This document shows positions 28,925 through 39,562 of a stretch of DNA of 64,000 nucleotides, piece by piece (within the stretch, counting starts at the first letter, position 1; every line of letters starts with the position of its first letter). A program made the translations under genes and the position numbers. Origin of the DNA: Bacteroidales bacterium (GTDB lineage Bacteria; Bacteroidota; Bacteroidia; Bacteroidales; P3); contig JAGCZH010000031.1 of assembly GCA_017960475.1 (NCBI GenBank), positions 5,758-69,757 of the forward strand, given 5' to 3'. The notes under the pieces are model-generated. The model ran no database searches and was not told where the DNA came from. It was given only the letters and a program-made list of their open reading frames with translations.

Positions 28925-31900
28925 ATGCCCTATTTCACCCATTTACATGTCCACTCGCACTTCTCGATTCTTGACGGAATGTCGAAAGTGCCCGACTTGA
29001 TAAAAAAATGCAAAAAAAACGGAATGTATGCCATGGCCCTTACCGACCACGGCAACATGTACGGTATTAAGGAGTTGGTGGACACTGTTAAGAAGGAGAA
29101 TGGCAACTTAAAAGACCAAATCAAGGAAGTTGAGGCCGAAAAATCAAAGATAGAGGCTGAGATAAAAACTGTTGAAAACGGTTCGCCACAAGCTGAACAG
29201 TCACAGGATGAGGACACAGCAAATCCTTTGTCGTTGGAAGAGCTCCAAGCAAAGCTTTCGGACCTTAACGCTCAGATTGAAAGCCTGAACACACAGTTTT
29301 TCAAGCCAATAATCGGTATCGAATCCTATTGCGCACACCGCACACTTTACGATAAAGACTCTAATGTCAAGGAATATGACCCCGAAACGGGCCGTGAACG
29401 TATCATGGACCGTAGTGGATGGCATATCATTTTGCTTGCCAAAAACAAGCAAGGCTATCGCAATCTCTGCAAATTGTCCAGTATTGCTTTCACAGAGGGC
29501 TTCTTCTACAATCCTCGCATCGACCACACTTTACTAGAACAATACCATGAGGGTATAATCTGCTGCTCGGCTTGTCTTGGTGGCGAGATACCACAAAAAA
29601 TCATGAAAGGCGACATTGAAGGCGCCGAAGAATCGGTAAAGTGGTTTAAGAACTTGTTCGGTGATGATTTTTACCTTGAATTGCAGCGCCACAAAACAGA
29701 CAAGCCCAATGCGGCTTACGACACTTTTGAAAGACAGCAGAAAGTAAACGCTTATTTACTTCAATTCGCTGAAAAATATAATATTAAATATATCGCCACC
29801 AATGATGTCCATTTCGTCGAGGAGGAACATGGAGAGGCTCATGACCGTCTGATATGCCTCTCGACCAAGAAAGACCTTGATGATCCCAATAGAATGCATT
29901 ATACCAAGCAGGAGTGGCTGAAAACTCCTGAGGAGATGGCGGCGATTTTCGCTGACATCCCGTTGGCGTTGGAAAACACACGTGAGATAGTCGACAAAAT
30001 AGAGATCTTCAGCATCGACAGCGACCCCATTATGCCCGTTTTTGATATTCCCGCCAGTTTCGGCACTGAGGAGGAGTATCGCAAACGCATTACGGAACAA
30101 GAGCTTTTCGACGAATTTACCCGCAACGAAAAAGGCGAGGTGGTGATGAGTCAGGAAAAAGCCGAAGACAAAATCAAGAAACTCGGAGGATACAGCAAAT
30201 TGTACCGCATCAAGTTCGAGGCTGACTATCTGGCGAAACTTGTTTGGGACGGAGCTCATAAACGCTACGGTGACGAGCTCACTGAGGAGCAGAAAGAGCG
30301 TATTATCTTTGAGTTGCACACCATCAAGACAATGGGCTTTCCGGGCTATTTTCTTATCGTCGCCGACTACATACGTGGCGCACGCGAGGAACTTGGTGTC
30401 AGCGTGGGTCCTGGTCGTGGATCTGCCGCTGGCAGCGTGGTGGCCTACTGTCTATGGATTACCGATATTGACCCTCTCAAATACGATCTTCTTTTTGAGC
30501 GTTTCCTGAATCCTGACCGTATTTCGCTCCCCGATATTGATGTTGACTTTGACGATGCAGGACGTGGAAAGGTTCTGGAATGGATTACCGAGAAGTATGG
30601 CAAAGAGAAGGTCGCACATATCATCACATATGGTACGATGGCCAGCAAATCGGCCATCGCCGATGTGGCGCGTATCCAGAAAATACCCCTCTCCACGGTG
30701 GCTCAGATTAAGAGTTATATCCCTGACCGAGGCTTTCCTGACAACATCAAGGACGAAAAGGGCAAGTCTCCAAAAGTAAATCTGAAAAACTGCTATAAAT
30801 ATGTTCCTGAGTTGCACCAGATCATGGAGGGTGAGGATTCGGAATTGAAAGAGGTCCTCACCTATGCCGAGGAGCTGGAGGATACCAACCGTCAGACGGG
30901 TATACATGCCTGTGGCGTTATTATCGGTGCCGATGACCTTACCAATTTCGCACCTATGTGTACCATCAAGGATAAGGACACCGACGAAGATGTCCTTGTT
31001 ACTCAGTATGATGGTCATGTCGTTGAGACGGTGGGACTTATTAAGATGGACTTTCTTGGCCTCAAGAACCTTACCATCATCAAGGACGCCATAAGTAATA
31101 TCAAACGTCGCCACAATGTCGATATCGACATTGACCATATACCTATTGACGACGAATTGACATATCAACTCTTTTGCGATGGCAACACTGTAGCCACATT
31201 CCAGTTTGAATCGGCGGGAATGCAAAAATATCTACGCGATTTGCAACCCCATGTCTTTGAGGACCTCATCGCTATGAACGCCCTCTATCGACCTGGTCCT
31301 ATGGAATATATCCCGGACTTTATCGATCGCAAACAGGGACGCAAACCTGTGGAATACGATATTCCATGTATGGAGAAGTATCTCAAGGATACTTACGGCA
31401 TCACCGTCTACCAGGAGCAGGTCATGCTTCTGTCTCGTGAGCTGGCGGGATTCACCCGAGGCCAAAGCGACACTCTGCGTAAGGCTATGGGCAAGAAGCA
31501 GATAGAGAAGATGAACGAGCTTGAGGTTCTTTTTTATGAGGGTGGCGAGAAAAGAGGTCATCCCAAAGAGAAACTCAACAAAATCTGGGAAGACTGGAAG
31601 AAATTCGCCAGCTATGCCTTCAACAAATCGCATGCCACTTGCTACTCTTGGGTAGCCTATCAAACTGCCTATTTAAAAGCTCATTATCCGGCTGAGTATA
31701 TGGCTGCGGTGATGACATCCTCGCTCAGCGATATCACTCGTGTAACCGAGCTTATGGCCGACTGTAAGAAGAACAATATCGAGATTCTCGCACCATGCGT
31801 GAATGAGTCGGAGATAAATTTCTCAGTCAACGAGCATGGTCAGATTCGTTTCGGTCTCAGCGCCATCAAGGGAATGGGTGAGGCTGCCGCGCAAGCCATT

Positions 31901-32899
31901 ATCGATGAGCGAGAGAAAAACGGACCATACACTGACATCTTCGACCTTTTGGAACGTATCGACATGAAGACTGTGAATAGGAAGAATCTGGAGGTGTTGG
32001 TGAAGTCGGGTGCTTTCGACCAGCTGAAGGGCATGCATCGAGCACAGTATCTGCATAAGGATGTAGAAGGTGAAATGGTGCCGTCATATCTGGAAAAACT
32101 GGTGCGTTGGCAGAGCCGCAAACGTGAGGCCGCAAGTGTTGCGCAGATGTCCATTTTCGATGTCTCTGACGAGATGAAGTCTGAAGATCATCCTCCTATT
32201 CCTGTGTGTGAGCCATGGACAAGTGTCGAACAGTGCAACTACGAGAAGGAGGTTATAGGTTTCTATATCAGTGGCCATCCTTTGGACGATTACAAGTATG
32301 AGATGGATAACTATGTCGACGTCAGCGTAGGAGCTCTCAACAATCTGGAGGCTTTGGTGCCTCGTCATGAGGTATCGTTTGGCGGCATAGTCACTGAGGC
32401 TCAGTCGGGCATATCTCAGCGAACAGGCAGGCCTTACGGCAGCATGACTATTGAGGACTACCAAGGGTCGTTCGAGTTGCGTCTCTTCGGAGAGGATTGC
32501 CTCAAATACAAGGAGTATTGTCAAAAAGGTCTGTTTGTCTATGTCAAGGTTGAAATCAAACAGTTCACTATCAAAAAAGAGGGTGTAGAGTCACGAAGTC
32601 CGGCACGTATCTACATCAAGAAAATCATGCCTCTCGGCGATGTTGTCGCCGCTTTCACAAAAACGATTAATTTCCATGTTGATATAGAAAAGCTTACCGA
32701 TGATTTTTGCAACAAACTAAAAAAACTTGCACACCAAAATCGAGGAGAGACCAAACTGAATGTCACTGTCGACGACAAAGAGCATGAAATGTCGTTGTTC
32801 ATGTCCTCTACAAATCTTAAGGTCGATCCTTCCACATTCGTAAAACTTTTGGAGGAAATGCCGGAAGTGAGCCGTGTCACTTTGAATGGGAAAGGGTGA
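28925..32899 (+). CDS. dnaE: DNA polymerase III subunit alpha
   Basis: PHP domain HLHVHSHFSILDG, polymerase core (PDIDVDF, FESAGMQ, ALYRPGP), an HhH region and a C-terminal OB region. 1324 aa. Confidence 0.95.
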   Translation: MPYFTHLHVHSHFSILDGMSKVPDLIKKCKKNGMYAMALTDHGNMYGIKELVDTVKKENGNLKDQIKEVEAEKSKIEAEIKTVENGSPQAEQSQDEDTANPLSLEELQAKLSDLNAQIESLNTQFFKPIIGIESYCAHRTLYDKDSNVKEYDPETGRERIMDRSGWHIILLAKNKQGYRNLCKLSSIAFTEGFFYNPRIDHTLLEQYHEGIICCSACLGGEIPQKIMKGDIEGAEESVKWFKNLFGDDFYLELQRHKTDKPNAAYDTFERQQKVNAYLLQFAEKYNIKYIATNDVHFVEEEHGEAHDRLICLSTKKDLDDPNRMHYTKQEWLKTPEEMAAIFADIPLALENTREIVDKIEIFSIDSDPIMPVFDIPASFGTEEEYRKRITEQELFDEFTRNEKGEVVMSQEKAEDKIKKLGGYSKLYRIKFEADYLAKLVWDGAHKRYGDELTEEQKERIIFELHTIKTMGFPGYFLIVADYIRGAREELGVSVGPGRGSAAGSVVAYCLWITDIDPLKYDLLFERFLNPDRISLPDIDVDFDDAGRGKVLEWITEKYGKEKVAHIITYGTMASKSAIADVARIQKIPLSTVAQIKSYIPDRGFPDNIKDEKGKSPKVNLKNCYKYVPELHQIMEGEDSELKEVLTYAEELEDTNRQTGIHACGVIIGADDLTNFAPMCTIKDKDTDEDVLVTQYDGHVVETVGLIKMDFLGLKNLTIIKDAISNIKRRHNVDIDIDHIPIDDELTYQLFCDGNTVATFQFESAGMQKYLRDLQPHVFEDLIAMNALYRPGPMEYIPDFIDRKQGRKPVEYDIPCMEKYLKDTYGITVYQEQVMLLSRELAGFTRGQSDTLRKAMGKKQIEKMNELEVLFYEGGEKRGHPKEKLNKIWEDWKKFASYAFNKSHATCYSWVAYQTAYLKAHYPAEYMAAVMTSSLSDITRVTELMADCKKNNIEILAPCVNESEINFSVNEHGQIRFGLSAIKGMGEAAAQAIIDEREKNGPYTDIFDLLERIDMKTVNRKNLEVLVKSGAFDQLKGMHRAQYLHKDVEGEMVPSYLEKLVRWQSRKREAASVAQMSIFDVSDEMKSEDHPPIPVCEPWTSVEQCNYEKEVIGFYISGHPLDDYKYEMDNYVDVSVGALNNLEALVPRHEVSFGGIVTEAQSGISQRTGRPYGSMTIEDYQGSFELRLFGEDCLKYKEYCQKGLFVYVKVEIKQFTIKKEGVESRSPARIYIKKIMPLGDVVAAFTKTINFHVDIEKLTDDFCNKLKKLAHQNRGETKLNVTVDDKEHEMSLFMSSTNLKVDPSTFVKLLEEMPEVSRVTLNGKG

Positions 32900-32927
32900 T
32901 GATTATTATGCTGTTGTGATTTGAGCT

Positions 32928-33851
32928 TTGAAAAAAATAATTATTGATACCGAAAAACCACATTGTCAATTGAAAGATATTAAACTAACAACAGATGTCG
33001 CTACTCCGCGAGCAGGATTCAGCATAGGATACAATGATTCAATGCTTTTCGTTGGCTCTTGTTTTGCCGAGAACATGGGTATGCGTATGTCTGATATGGG
33101 ATTTAAAGTTAATATCAATCCTTTTGGCATTATGTACAATCCCTTGTCGATGGCCGATGCGTTAAACCGCTGTTTGGACGGCAATACGATAGGGGAGAGT
33201 AATCTGGTTCAGCATGACGGGCTCTGGCATTCATGGCTTCATCATGGCCGTTTCTCTCATTACGACAAGAGTCAATGTCTTCAAGCTTGCAACCAAGCTA
33301 TTATGGAGGCTCATGCTTTCCTTGAAACATGCAACACGGTTATCTTTACCTTTGGCTCAGCTTGGCACTATAGGCTGAAATCTGATGACAGCGTTGTGGC
33401 TAATTGTCATAAAGTGCCGGCGGCAACATTTGAGAAGAGACTCGCGACGTTGGAAGAGTCGCTCAAGCTATGGAATCCTTTGATTGAAAGGCTGCTTGAT
33501 GGCGGCCGCCGTGTTGTGTTGACTATCAGCCCTGTGCGTCATCAGGCATATGGCGCTCATGGCAACCAGCTGGGGAAGGCTGTTTTGATGCTTATGGTTG
33601 ATAACTTGATGAGTAATTTCCAATCGAAAGGGGGACTTGAGTATTTCCCGTCGTATGAGATTGTCGTTGATGAATTGCGCGACTATCGTTTCTATGCCGA
33701 TGATATGGCTCACCCCTCATCTTTGGCTGAGGAGATTGTCTGGCGACGCTTCCAGAACGTTTTCTTTGACGATCAAACAAAAACAAGGTGCGACGCAGCA
33801 TGCGAGGAACTTCGCCGCAAAGCGCACAGACCTATAAACTCTACACGTTAA
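32928..33851 (+). CDS. GSCFA domain protein
   Basis: Literal FVGSCFAENMG motif followed by NPFGIMYNPLS. TTG start at 32928; the start is uncertain. Confidence 0.75.
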   Translation: MKKIIIDTEKPHCQLKDIKLTTDVATPRAGFSIGYNDSMLFVGSCFAENMGMRMSDMGFKVNINPFGIMYNPLSMADALNRCLDGNTIGESNLVQHDGLWHSWLHHGRFSHYDKSQCLQACNQAIMEAHAFLETCNTVIFTFGSAWHYRLKSDDSVVANCHKVPAATFEKRLATLEESLKLWNPLIERLLDGGRRVVLTISPVRHQAYGAHGNQLGKAVLMLMVDNLMSNFQSKGGLEYFPSYEIVVDELRDYRFYADDMAHPSSLAEEIVWRRFQNVFFDDQTKTRCDAACEELRRKAHRPINSTR

Positions 33852-33884
33852 ACTTTAAACTTTACATATAATACACAAACAATC

Positions 33885-34898
33885 ATGAAGAATATCGCTT
33901 TAGTAATGGGAGGCTTCTCAGGTGAGCACCAAATCTCTATCAATAGTGGATGTCAGGTGTATGAGTCGCTCGACAAAAACAAATATAATGTGTACAAGAT
34001 TGTTGTAGGTGAACTTACAGATGGTGTGATTGATCGCCAGAATTGGTATTGGCTCGCTGACAGTGGGGAACACCGTCCCATTGACCGTGGCGATTTCACC
34101 GTGATTGACAAAGGTGTCAAAATACATTTTGACCTTGCTTTTATTATCATTCATGGCAATCCTGGTGAGAATGGTGTTCTGCAGGGCTATTTCGATATGT
34201 TGGGTATTAAGTATACAACCTGTGGCTTCTACACTTCGGCACTGACTTTCAATAAAGGTTATTGTAACCCCGTGGTGCGTAATTTCCATATCGTTAAGGT
34301 TGCGAAATCACGTCTGTTCTACAATGGACAGCACATTGATACGGCGGAGATAGTGGGTAGTTTAGGTCTGCCGGTCTTTGTCAAACCTGCCTCTGGCGGC
34401 AGTAGTGTGGCGACTACAAAAGTGAAGAAAGCCGAGGACCTTATGCCTGCCATTGAGGAGGCTTTCACAGAGGATGACGCTGTCCTTGTTGAGGAGTTTG
34501 TCCATGGACGTGAGTTTGACTGCGGTGTGATGAAAATCAAAGGGAAGAAATATGTTTTCCCAATAACAGAGATTATTCCGAAGGGTGGTCATGAGTTCTT
34601 CGACTATGAGGCGAAGTATGATGGCTTTAGCGATGAGGTGACCCCTGCCGATGTCGAGTCTGCCATTGCCGATCAAATCCAGGATGTCTCGTCTAAACTT
34701 TATGACCTGCTTGATTGTAAGGGCGTGGTGCGTTTCGATTTTATTTACAACACTGAACGGGACCGCTTGTATTTCCTTGAGGTTAACACCATACCTGGCC
34801 AGAGCGCCGAAAGTATTGTTCCCAAACAGGCACGCGCCATGGGCATAACCACCACGCAGCTTTATGAGATGATTATTGAGGACGCATTGGCGGTATAA
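33885..34898 (+). CDS. ddl: D-alanine--D-alanine ligase
   Basis: N-terminus IALVMGGFSGEHQISINSG, HGNPGENG, ATP-grasp region VFVKPASGGSSV, and C-terminal EVNTIPG. Confidence 0.9.
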   Translation: MKNIALVMGGFSGEHQISINSGCQVYESLDKNKYNVYKIVVGELTDGVIDRQNWYWLADSGEHRPIDRGDFTVIDKGVKIHFDLAFIIIHGNPGENGVLQGYFDMLGIKYTTCGFYTSALTFNKGYCNPVVRNFHIVKVAKSRLFYNGQHIDTAEIVGSLGLPVFVKPASGGSSVATTKVKKAEDLMPAIEEAFTEDDAVLVEEFVHGREFDCGVMKIKGKKYVFPITEIIPKGGHEFFDYEAKYDGFSDEVTPADVESAIADQIQDVSSKLYDLLDCKGVVRFDFIYNTERDRLYFLEVNTIPGQSAESIVPKQARAMGITTTQLYEMIIEDALAV

Positions 34899-34910
34899 AG
34901 CCCCATCAAA

Positions 34911-34990
34911 CCTTTAAAACCTTTAAACCCCTTAAACCTATTAAACTCTTCCACCCCTTATAACCTTTTAAACCCTTTAAACCCTTTATA
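34911..34990 (+). repeat. 9-bp-period tandem array (about 9 units, consensus CCTTTAAAC) with no cassette gene
   Basis: cctttaaaa cctttaaac cccttaaac ctattaaac tcttccacc ccttataac cttttaaac cctttaaac cctttata. It fills the ddl-nitroreductase intergenic gap. Confidence 0.8.
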
Positions 34991-35521
34991 ATGGATAACG
35001 AAATATTGAGATGTTTACGTGAGCGTCGCAGTGTGCGCTCTTTCAAACCTGAGCAGATTACCGACGAGGAGCTTAGGGCTGTGTTGGAAGCCGGCACTTA
35101 TGCTCCTACTGGTATGAACTACCAAGACCCTTGGATTGTCGCTGTTCAAAATCGAGAGATTATGGACCAGTTGGTTAGGATGAACAAGCAATTCACTCAG
35201 CAGGAGGGCAACCCGTATTATGACGCACCGACAATAGTGCTTGTCTTCGCTTCTCGTCCTGAGAAGTGGAAAAACGGTATGGCTGATGGGTCGCTGGTGC
35301 TGGGCAACATGATGAATGCCGCGCATGCGATTGGTTTGGGATCGTGTTGGATAAATCGGGAACAGGAAATGTTTGACACCGAGGAGGGACGTGAACTTAT
35401 GACTCGTCTCGGCCTTCCTGAGGGACTTATGGGTGTCGGCGCTTTGTCGTTGGGCTATCCTGCCACCCCGCTACGTCCAGCCCGTCCACGTAAAGAGGAT
35501 TATTACAGGGTGATAAAATGA
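34991..35521 (+). CDS. Nitroreductase family protein
   Basis: RRSVRSFKPEQI FMN-binding start motif, GTYAPTGMNYQ, and C-terminal GYPA. 176 aa. Confidence 0.8.
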   Translation: MDNEILRCLRERRSVRSFKPEQITDEELRAVLEAGTYAPTGMNYQDPWIVAVQNREIMDQLVRMNKQFTQQEGNPYYDAPTIVLVFASRPEKWKNGMADGSLVLGNMMNAAHAIGLGSCWINREQEMFDTEEGRELMTRLGLPEGLMGVGALSLGYPATPLRPARPRKEDYYRVIK

Positions 35522-36267
35522 GTGTCCCAGAAGCCACAAAGCAGAGGCTGATTGCTTATGCTGATCAGTATGAGACGGCAGATTTTATTGTTGGCGACCC
35601 CTCATGGTGGATGCACCAAGTGAAAGGAATTGAGAACCAGGAAACGATGGCTTTTCTGGCTTCTGCTCTCAGTTATGGCAGCCGCAAGCAGTTTATGCCA
35701 AAGATAGGACAGTTGCTCGAATGGTCCGGAGGCGATGTACACGACTGGGTGAAAAACGGTGCTTTTGAAGATCAACTGAGGAGAGGTGATGAAAGTTGCT
35801 TCTATAGGCTTTACAACAAGGACTGCATGAATGGTTTCCTTTGCGCTTGTCGTCAGATGTACAAGGAATACGATACAATGGGAACTTTCATTCGCCATCA
35901 CGCTTGCGACGGTTTTGGGGCTGTGGACGCCATATGTTCGTTTTTCCGTAATCATAATGCAAGTCAGGTGATACCCAAGAACACTATGTCGGCATGCAAA
36001 CGTGTGTGTATGTTTCTTCGTTGGATGGTGCGTGACAATTCTCCTGTTGATTTGGGATTGTGGTCGGATTGTATTGACAAAGCGGATTTGATTATGCCGC
36101 TTGACACTCATGTATTGCAACAATCTGTGAAATTGGGGCTTCTGTCTAGTTCCACAGCGTCAATGTCAGCGGCGCGACGTCTTTCGGCGGCGATGTCAGA
36201 GGTTTTCCCTGGTGACCCCTTGCGTGGCGATTTCGCACTGTTTGGCTATGGGGTTATTTATGATTGA
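35518..36267 (+). CDS. TIGR02757/DUF2400-like protein
   Basis: DPSWWMH...ETMAFLASALSYGSRKQ and PLDTHV resemble the TIGR02757 pattern as I recall it. ATGA overlap with the upstream gene. Confidence 0.5.
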   Translation: MSVPEATKQRLIAYADQYETADFIVGDPSWWMHQVKGIENQETMAFLASALSYGSRKQFMPKIGQLLEWSGGDVHDWVKNGAFEDQLRRGDESCFYRLYNKDCMNGFLCACRQMYKEYDTMGTFIRHHACDGFGAVDAICSFFRNHNASQVIPKNTMSACKRVCMFLRWMVRDNSPVDLGLWSDCIDKADLIMPLDTHVLQQSVKLGLLSSSTASMSAARRLSAAMSEVFPGDPLRGDFALFGYGVIYD

Positions 36268-36626
36268 TTGTGCTGACGTTTTTGGATTGTTACTGTTTTT
36301 TTTTGCAACAATCTTAAGTGATTGTGTAAAAGCAAGGTAGAATGATTCTGAGGTTTAAGTGGGAGTTAAAGTGGACAAATGAAAATGTATTGTCCTGCGC
36401 GCAGCGCATAACTTCCTTTTTTACTCCCATCGAAGATTAACTTCCTTCTATTACTTCCCATTGTTTTACGTTATCATTTTGATATTTCTAAAAGTTTTTT
36501 TTTGTGAAGAATAAATTTTTTTTCAACATTTGATTGTTTATTCAATAAAAAGTTGTAATTTAGCGGTGTGAAAGGAATACTTTCATAGTAATTAAAAAGT
36601 GTGATAAATAATTAAAAAATAATAAC

Positions 36627-37325
36627 ATGGAAGCAAAAAAATCACAAAAGGCTGACCTTGAAAATAAGAAAGGACTGTTCCTTGAAATAGGTTTGGTATC
36701 CATTCTTGCTCTTGTGCTTGTAGCTTTCAACCTTCGTAGTTCTGATGATAGCGGCAGCGGTATGGATATGCGTATCGTTAGCGAAGAGATGGAGGAGGAA
36801 ATTATCCAGACTGAGGAAGAGCAGCAGCAGGAACCTGAGCCAGAACCAGAACAACCCGAACCAGAAGTCACGACAGAACTTGAGATTGTGGACAACGACG
36901 CTGAGATTGAACATGAACTTGGTATCGTTGACGCAGGCGACGACGCCAATAAGCAGCAGGAAGAAGTTGTTGTAACCGATGTTGAACAAGAAGAAGAGGT
37001 GGCAGAAGAGGAGATCTTTGTGTTCGTAGAGAAGAATCCAGAGTATCCTGGCGGTGAAGAGGCTCTCTACAAATTCCTCGGTGAGAACATCAAGTATCCT
37101 GATATGGCTCGCGATAACAACATCTCTGGTACGGTGGTTGTCAAGTTCGTTGTTGAAAAAGACGGTAGAATCACCAAAGCATCCATCCTCCGCGAGATCG
37201 GTGGTGGTTGCGGTAAGGAAGCTCTCCGTGTTGTCAACTCGATGCCTAAGTGGAGCCCAGGACAGCAGAGCGGTAAGCCGGTTCGTACCGAGTTCACCCT
37301 GCCCGTTCAGTTCCAACTTCAGTAA
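36627..37325 (+). CDS. tonB: Energy transducer TonB
   Basis: N-terminal TM, an acidic Glu/Pro linker (EEQQQEPEPEPEQPEPE), and a TonB C-domain (PEYPGGEEALYKFLGENIKYP...ISGTVVVKFVVEKDGRI...GKPV). Confidence 0.8.
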   Translation: MEAKKSQKADLENKKGLFLEIGLVSILALVLVAFNLRSSDDSGSGMDMRIVSEEMEEEIIQTEEEQQQEPEPEPEQPEPEVTTELEIVDNDAEIEHELGIVDAGDDANKQQEEVVVTDVEQEEEVAEEEIFVFVEKNPEYPGGEEALYKFLGENIKYPDMARDNNISGTVVVKFVVEKDGRITKASILREIGGGCGKEALRVVNSMPKWSPGQQSGKPVRTEFTLPVQFQLQ

Positions 37326-37390
37326 TTTGAGCTTTAACATCCTCGTGGATGATGGGTTCGCCCATTGTCCTATGGCATGAAATCAATATT

Positions 37391-37427
37391 ATAATATAGG
37401 CGAACGCTAGCTGTTCGCCTATATTAT
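37391..37427 (+). terminator. Rho-independent terminator after tonB
   Basis: 15-bp perfect stem: ataatataggcgaac (37391-37405) pairs with gttcgcctatattat (37413-37427). T-rich tail tgtttg. Confidence 0.7.
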
Positions 37428-37550
37428 TGTTTGATGGACAAAGGTTTGTTGTTCCGTTCATGTTAGACAGGACTATCCGAGTTTGCCGGTATGTCTGAAT
37501 GCTGTTCGTAAATTGTATTTCATCAACTATTAAACTCACTCTGACTTTCA

Positions 37551-39491
37551 GTGATTTCTGTAAACAATCTTTCTGTCCAGTTCACCGGTGTGAACCTTTT
37601 CGATAACGTTACTTTCAATATCGGAGATCGAGACCGTATAGGTCTTGTGGGTAAAAACGGTGCTGGTAAATCGACGTTGCTAAAGATTCTTTGTCATCAA
37701 CAAGAGCCAGAGACAGGTACCATTGTGATGGCTTCGGGGCAAACGGTGGGCTATCTTCCTCAGGAAATGATTCCCGACAGCGTCGGCACGGTGTTGCAAG
37801 AAACCATGAAGGCTTTCGCCGAAATAACCTCTCTGGAACATCGTCAGCAGCAACTTACCGAGGAGGTGGCGGTCCGCACTGACTATGAATCGGTGGAATA
37901 CGAGCGTTTATTATCTCAACTAAATGAGGTGACTGAACGTATTTCTATGCTCGGTGGCTCAAACCGTCAAGAGATGGCTGAGAAAATTCTTCTGGGACTT
38001 GGTTTCCGTCACAGCGATTTCAATCGTTTGGTCGCCGAGTTTAGCGGAGGGTGGCAAATGCGTGTTGAACTTGCTAAATTGCTTCTGCGTAAACCGGATT
38101 TTCTACTTCTCGATGAGCCTACAAACCATCTTGATATTGAGTCAATACAATGGCTGGAGAACTATCTTTCCACCTATATGGGCGCAGTGGTACTGGTGTC
38201 ACATGACCGCACGTTTCTAGACAATATCACCAAACGCACCATAGAAATCACTGCTGGTAAGATATACGACTATAAGGTGCCGTATTCTGAATATGTTGTA
38301 CAAATGCAGGAACGTAGGGCATCGCAAATGGCTTCGCTAACGAATCAGCAACGTCAGGTTGCTCAGATTGAGGCTTTTATTGAAAGATTTCGTTACAAGG
38401 CCACAAAATCCAAACAGGTCCAGTCTCGTATAAAAATGCTTGATCGGATGGAAGAGATCAAAGTCGATGAGGTCTCAACCGAAAGCATTCACTTCCAGTT
38501 TCCTCCGGCACCTCACAGCGGCAAGATTGTTCTCGAGGCAGCACACCTTGGCAAGGCTTATGGCGACAACCAGGTGTTTGATGGAGTGGATTACCTTGTC
38601 ACATCTGGCTCTAGGATAGCTTTTGTTGGTCGCAATGGTGAGGGAAAGTCGACAATGGCGAAGATTATCGTCGGTGAATTGGTCGACTATACGGGCACTT
38701 TTAAATTGGGTCATCAAGTCCAGATAGGATACTATGCTCAGAATCAGGCCGCAATGCTTGATGGAGAAAAAACAGTGTTCCAAACTATTGACGAGGCCGC
38801 TGTTGGTGACATTAGACCTAAAATAAGAAATATCCTGGGCTCTTTTCTGTTTGACAACGATGACATAGATAAAAAGGTGAAGGTCCTTTCGGGTGGTGAG
38901 AAAGCAAGGCTGGCATTGGCGAAATTATTGCTGACGCCATGTAATCTCCTTGTCCTCGATGAGCCTACCAACCATTTGGATATGGATTCGAAGGATATCT
39001 TGAAAAACGCTTTGCTCCAATACACGGGCACGCTCATAGTCGTCTCGCATGATCGTGATTTCCTTCAGGGCTTGACCGATTCGTTGTTTGAGTTTCGTGA
39101 GGGAGGAGTGCATGAGTTCAAAGGTGATATTTTCGAGTTTCTTGACTATCGAAAGATGGAGCACCTCAAAGAGCTCGACAGTGTTCGCGGTCATTCCTCG
39201 GCTGGACAGCCGCAGGCTGCGGTGTCGCAGAACAAATTGAATTATCAGCAGGCAAAGGAACGAGAACGCGAGTTGCGCAAACTTCGTGGCAATGTGTCCA
39301 AAATTGAGAAGGAAATCGCTGACCTTGAGGCGCAGATAGCTCAGAAAGAGGCTCTTCTATCATGCGGAGACACAGCCTCACAAGGGCCGGACTTCTTCAA
39401 TGAATATCAGTCGATGAAAGAGGAGTTAGAAGCCAAAATGTTGGCATGGGAAGAGGCATCTATCGAGTTGGAACTCAATGAGAATAAATAA
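37551..39491 (+). CDS. ABC-F family ATP-binding cassette protein
   Basis: GTG start. Two cassettes (GKNGAGKST / LSGGWQ / LLLDEP and GRNGEGKST / LSGGEK / LVLDEP) and a C-terminal coiled coil. Confidence 0.85.
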   Translation: MISVNNLSVQFTGVNLFDNVTFNIGDRDRIGLVGKNGAGKSTLLKILCHQQEPETGTIVMASGQTVGYLPQEMIPDSVGTVLQETMKAFAEITSLEHRQQQLTEEVAVRTDYESVEYERLLSQLNEVTERISMLGGSNRQEMAEKILLGLGFRHSDFNRLVAEFSGGWQMRVELAKLLLRKPDFLLLDEPTNHLDIESIQWLENYLSTYMGAVVLVSHDRTFLDNITKRTIEITAGKIYDYKVPYSEYVVQMQERRASQMASLTNQQRQVAQIEAFIERFRYKATKSKQVQSRIKMLDRMEEIKVDEVSTESIHFQFPPAPHSGKIVLEAAHLGKAYGDNQVFDGVDYLVTSGSRIAFVGRNGEGKSTMAKIIVGELVDYTGTFKLGHQVQIGYYAQNQAAMLDGEKTVFQTIDEAAVGDIRPKIRNILGSFLFDNDDIDKKVKVLSGGEKARLALAKLLLTPCNLLVLDEPTNHLDMDSKDILKNALLQYTGTLIVVSHDRDFLQGLTDSLFEFREGGVHEFKGDIFEFLDYRKMEHLKELDSVRGHSSAGQPQAAVSQNKLNYQQAKERERELRKLRGNVSKIEKEIADLEAQIAQKEALLSCGDTASQGPDFFNEYQSMKEELEAKMLAWEEASIELELNENK

Positions 39492-39562
39492 TCGACGATG
39501 TGAAGGGTGGGTGTGTTTATAGGCGCAGGTCTCCTGTTATGTGTTTACATTTTCGCGCTTGG

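Noticed and set aside
29090-29300. About 70-aa coiled-coil insertion in the PHP domain of DnaE (KKENGNLKDQIKEVEAEKSKIEAEIK...LNAQIESLNTQF)
   Set aside because: From memory, Bacteroides-type DnaE proteins carry a comparable insertion at this position. It is probably lineage-typical rather than novel.
34906-35097. 63-aa minus-strand ORF reading KGLKGLKGYKGWKS, and the 46202-46459 ORF reading YKTYKPYKPYRSY
   Set aside because: Both are translations of 9-bp-period tandem arrays. A three-codon period keeps any frame open, so they are not supported as genes.
36790-36880. The Glu/Pro linker of TonB (EEQQQEPEPEPEQPEPE) as a possible paralogue of the island Pro-Glu repeat
   Set aside because: The similarity is compositional only. 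The DNA units differ and the flanking domains are unrelated. It is useful as an analogy for a rigid spacer, not as evidence of homology.
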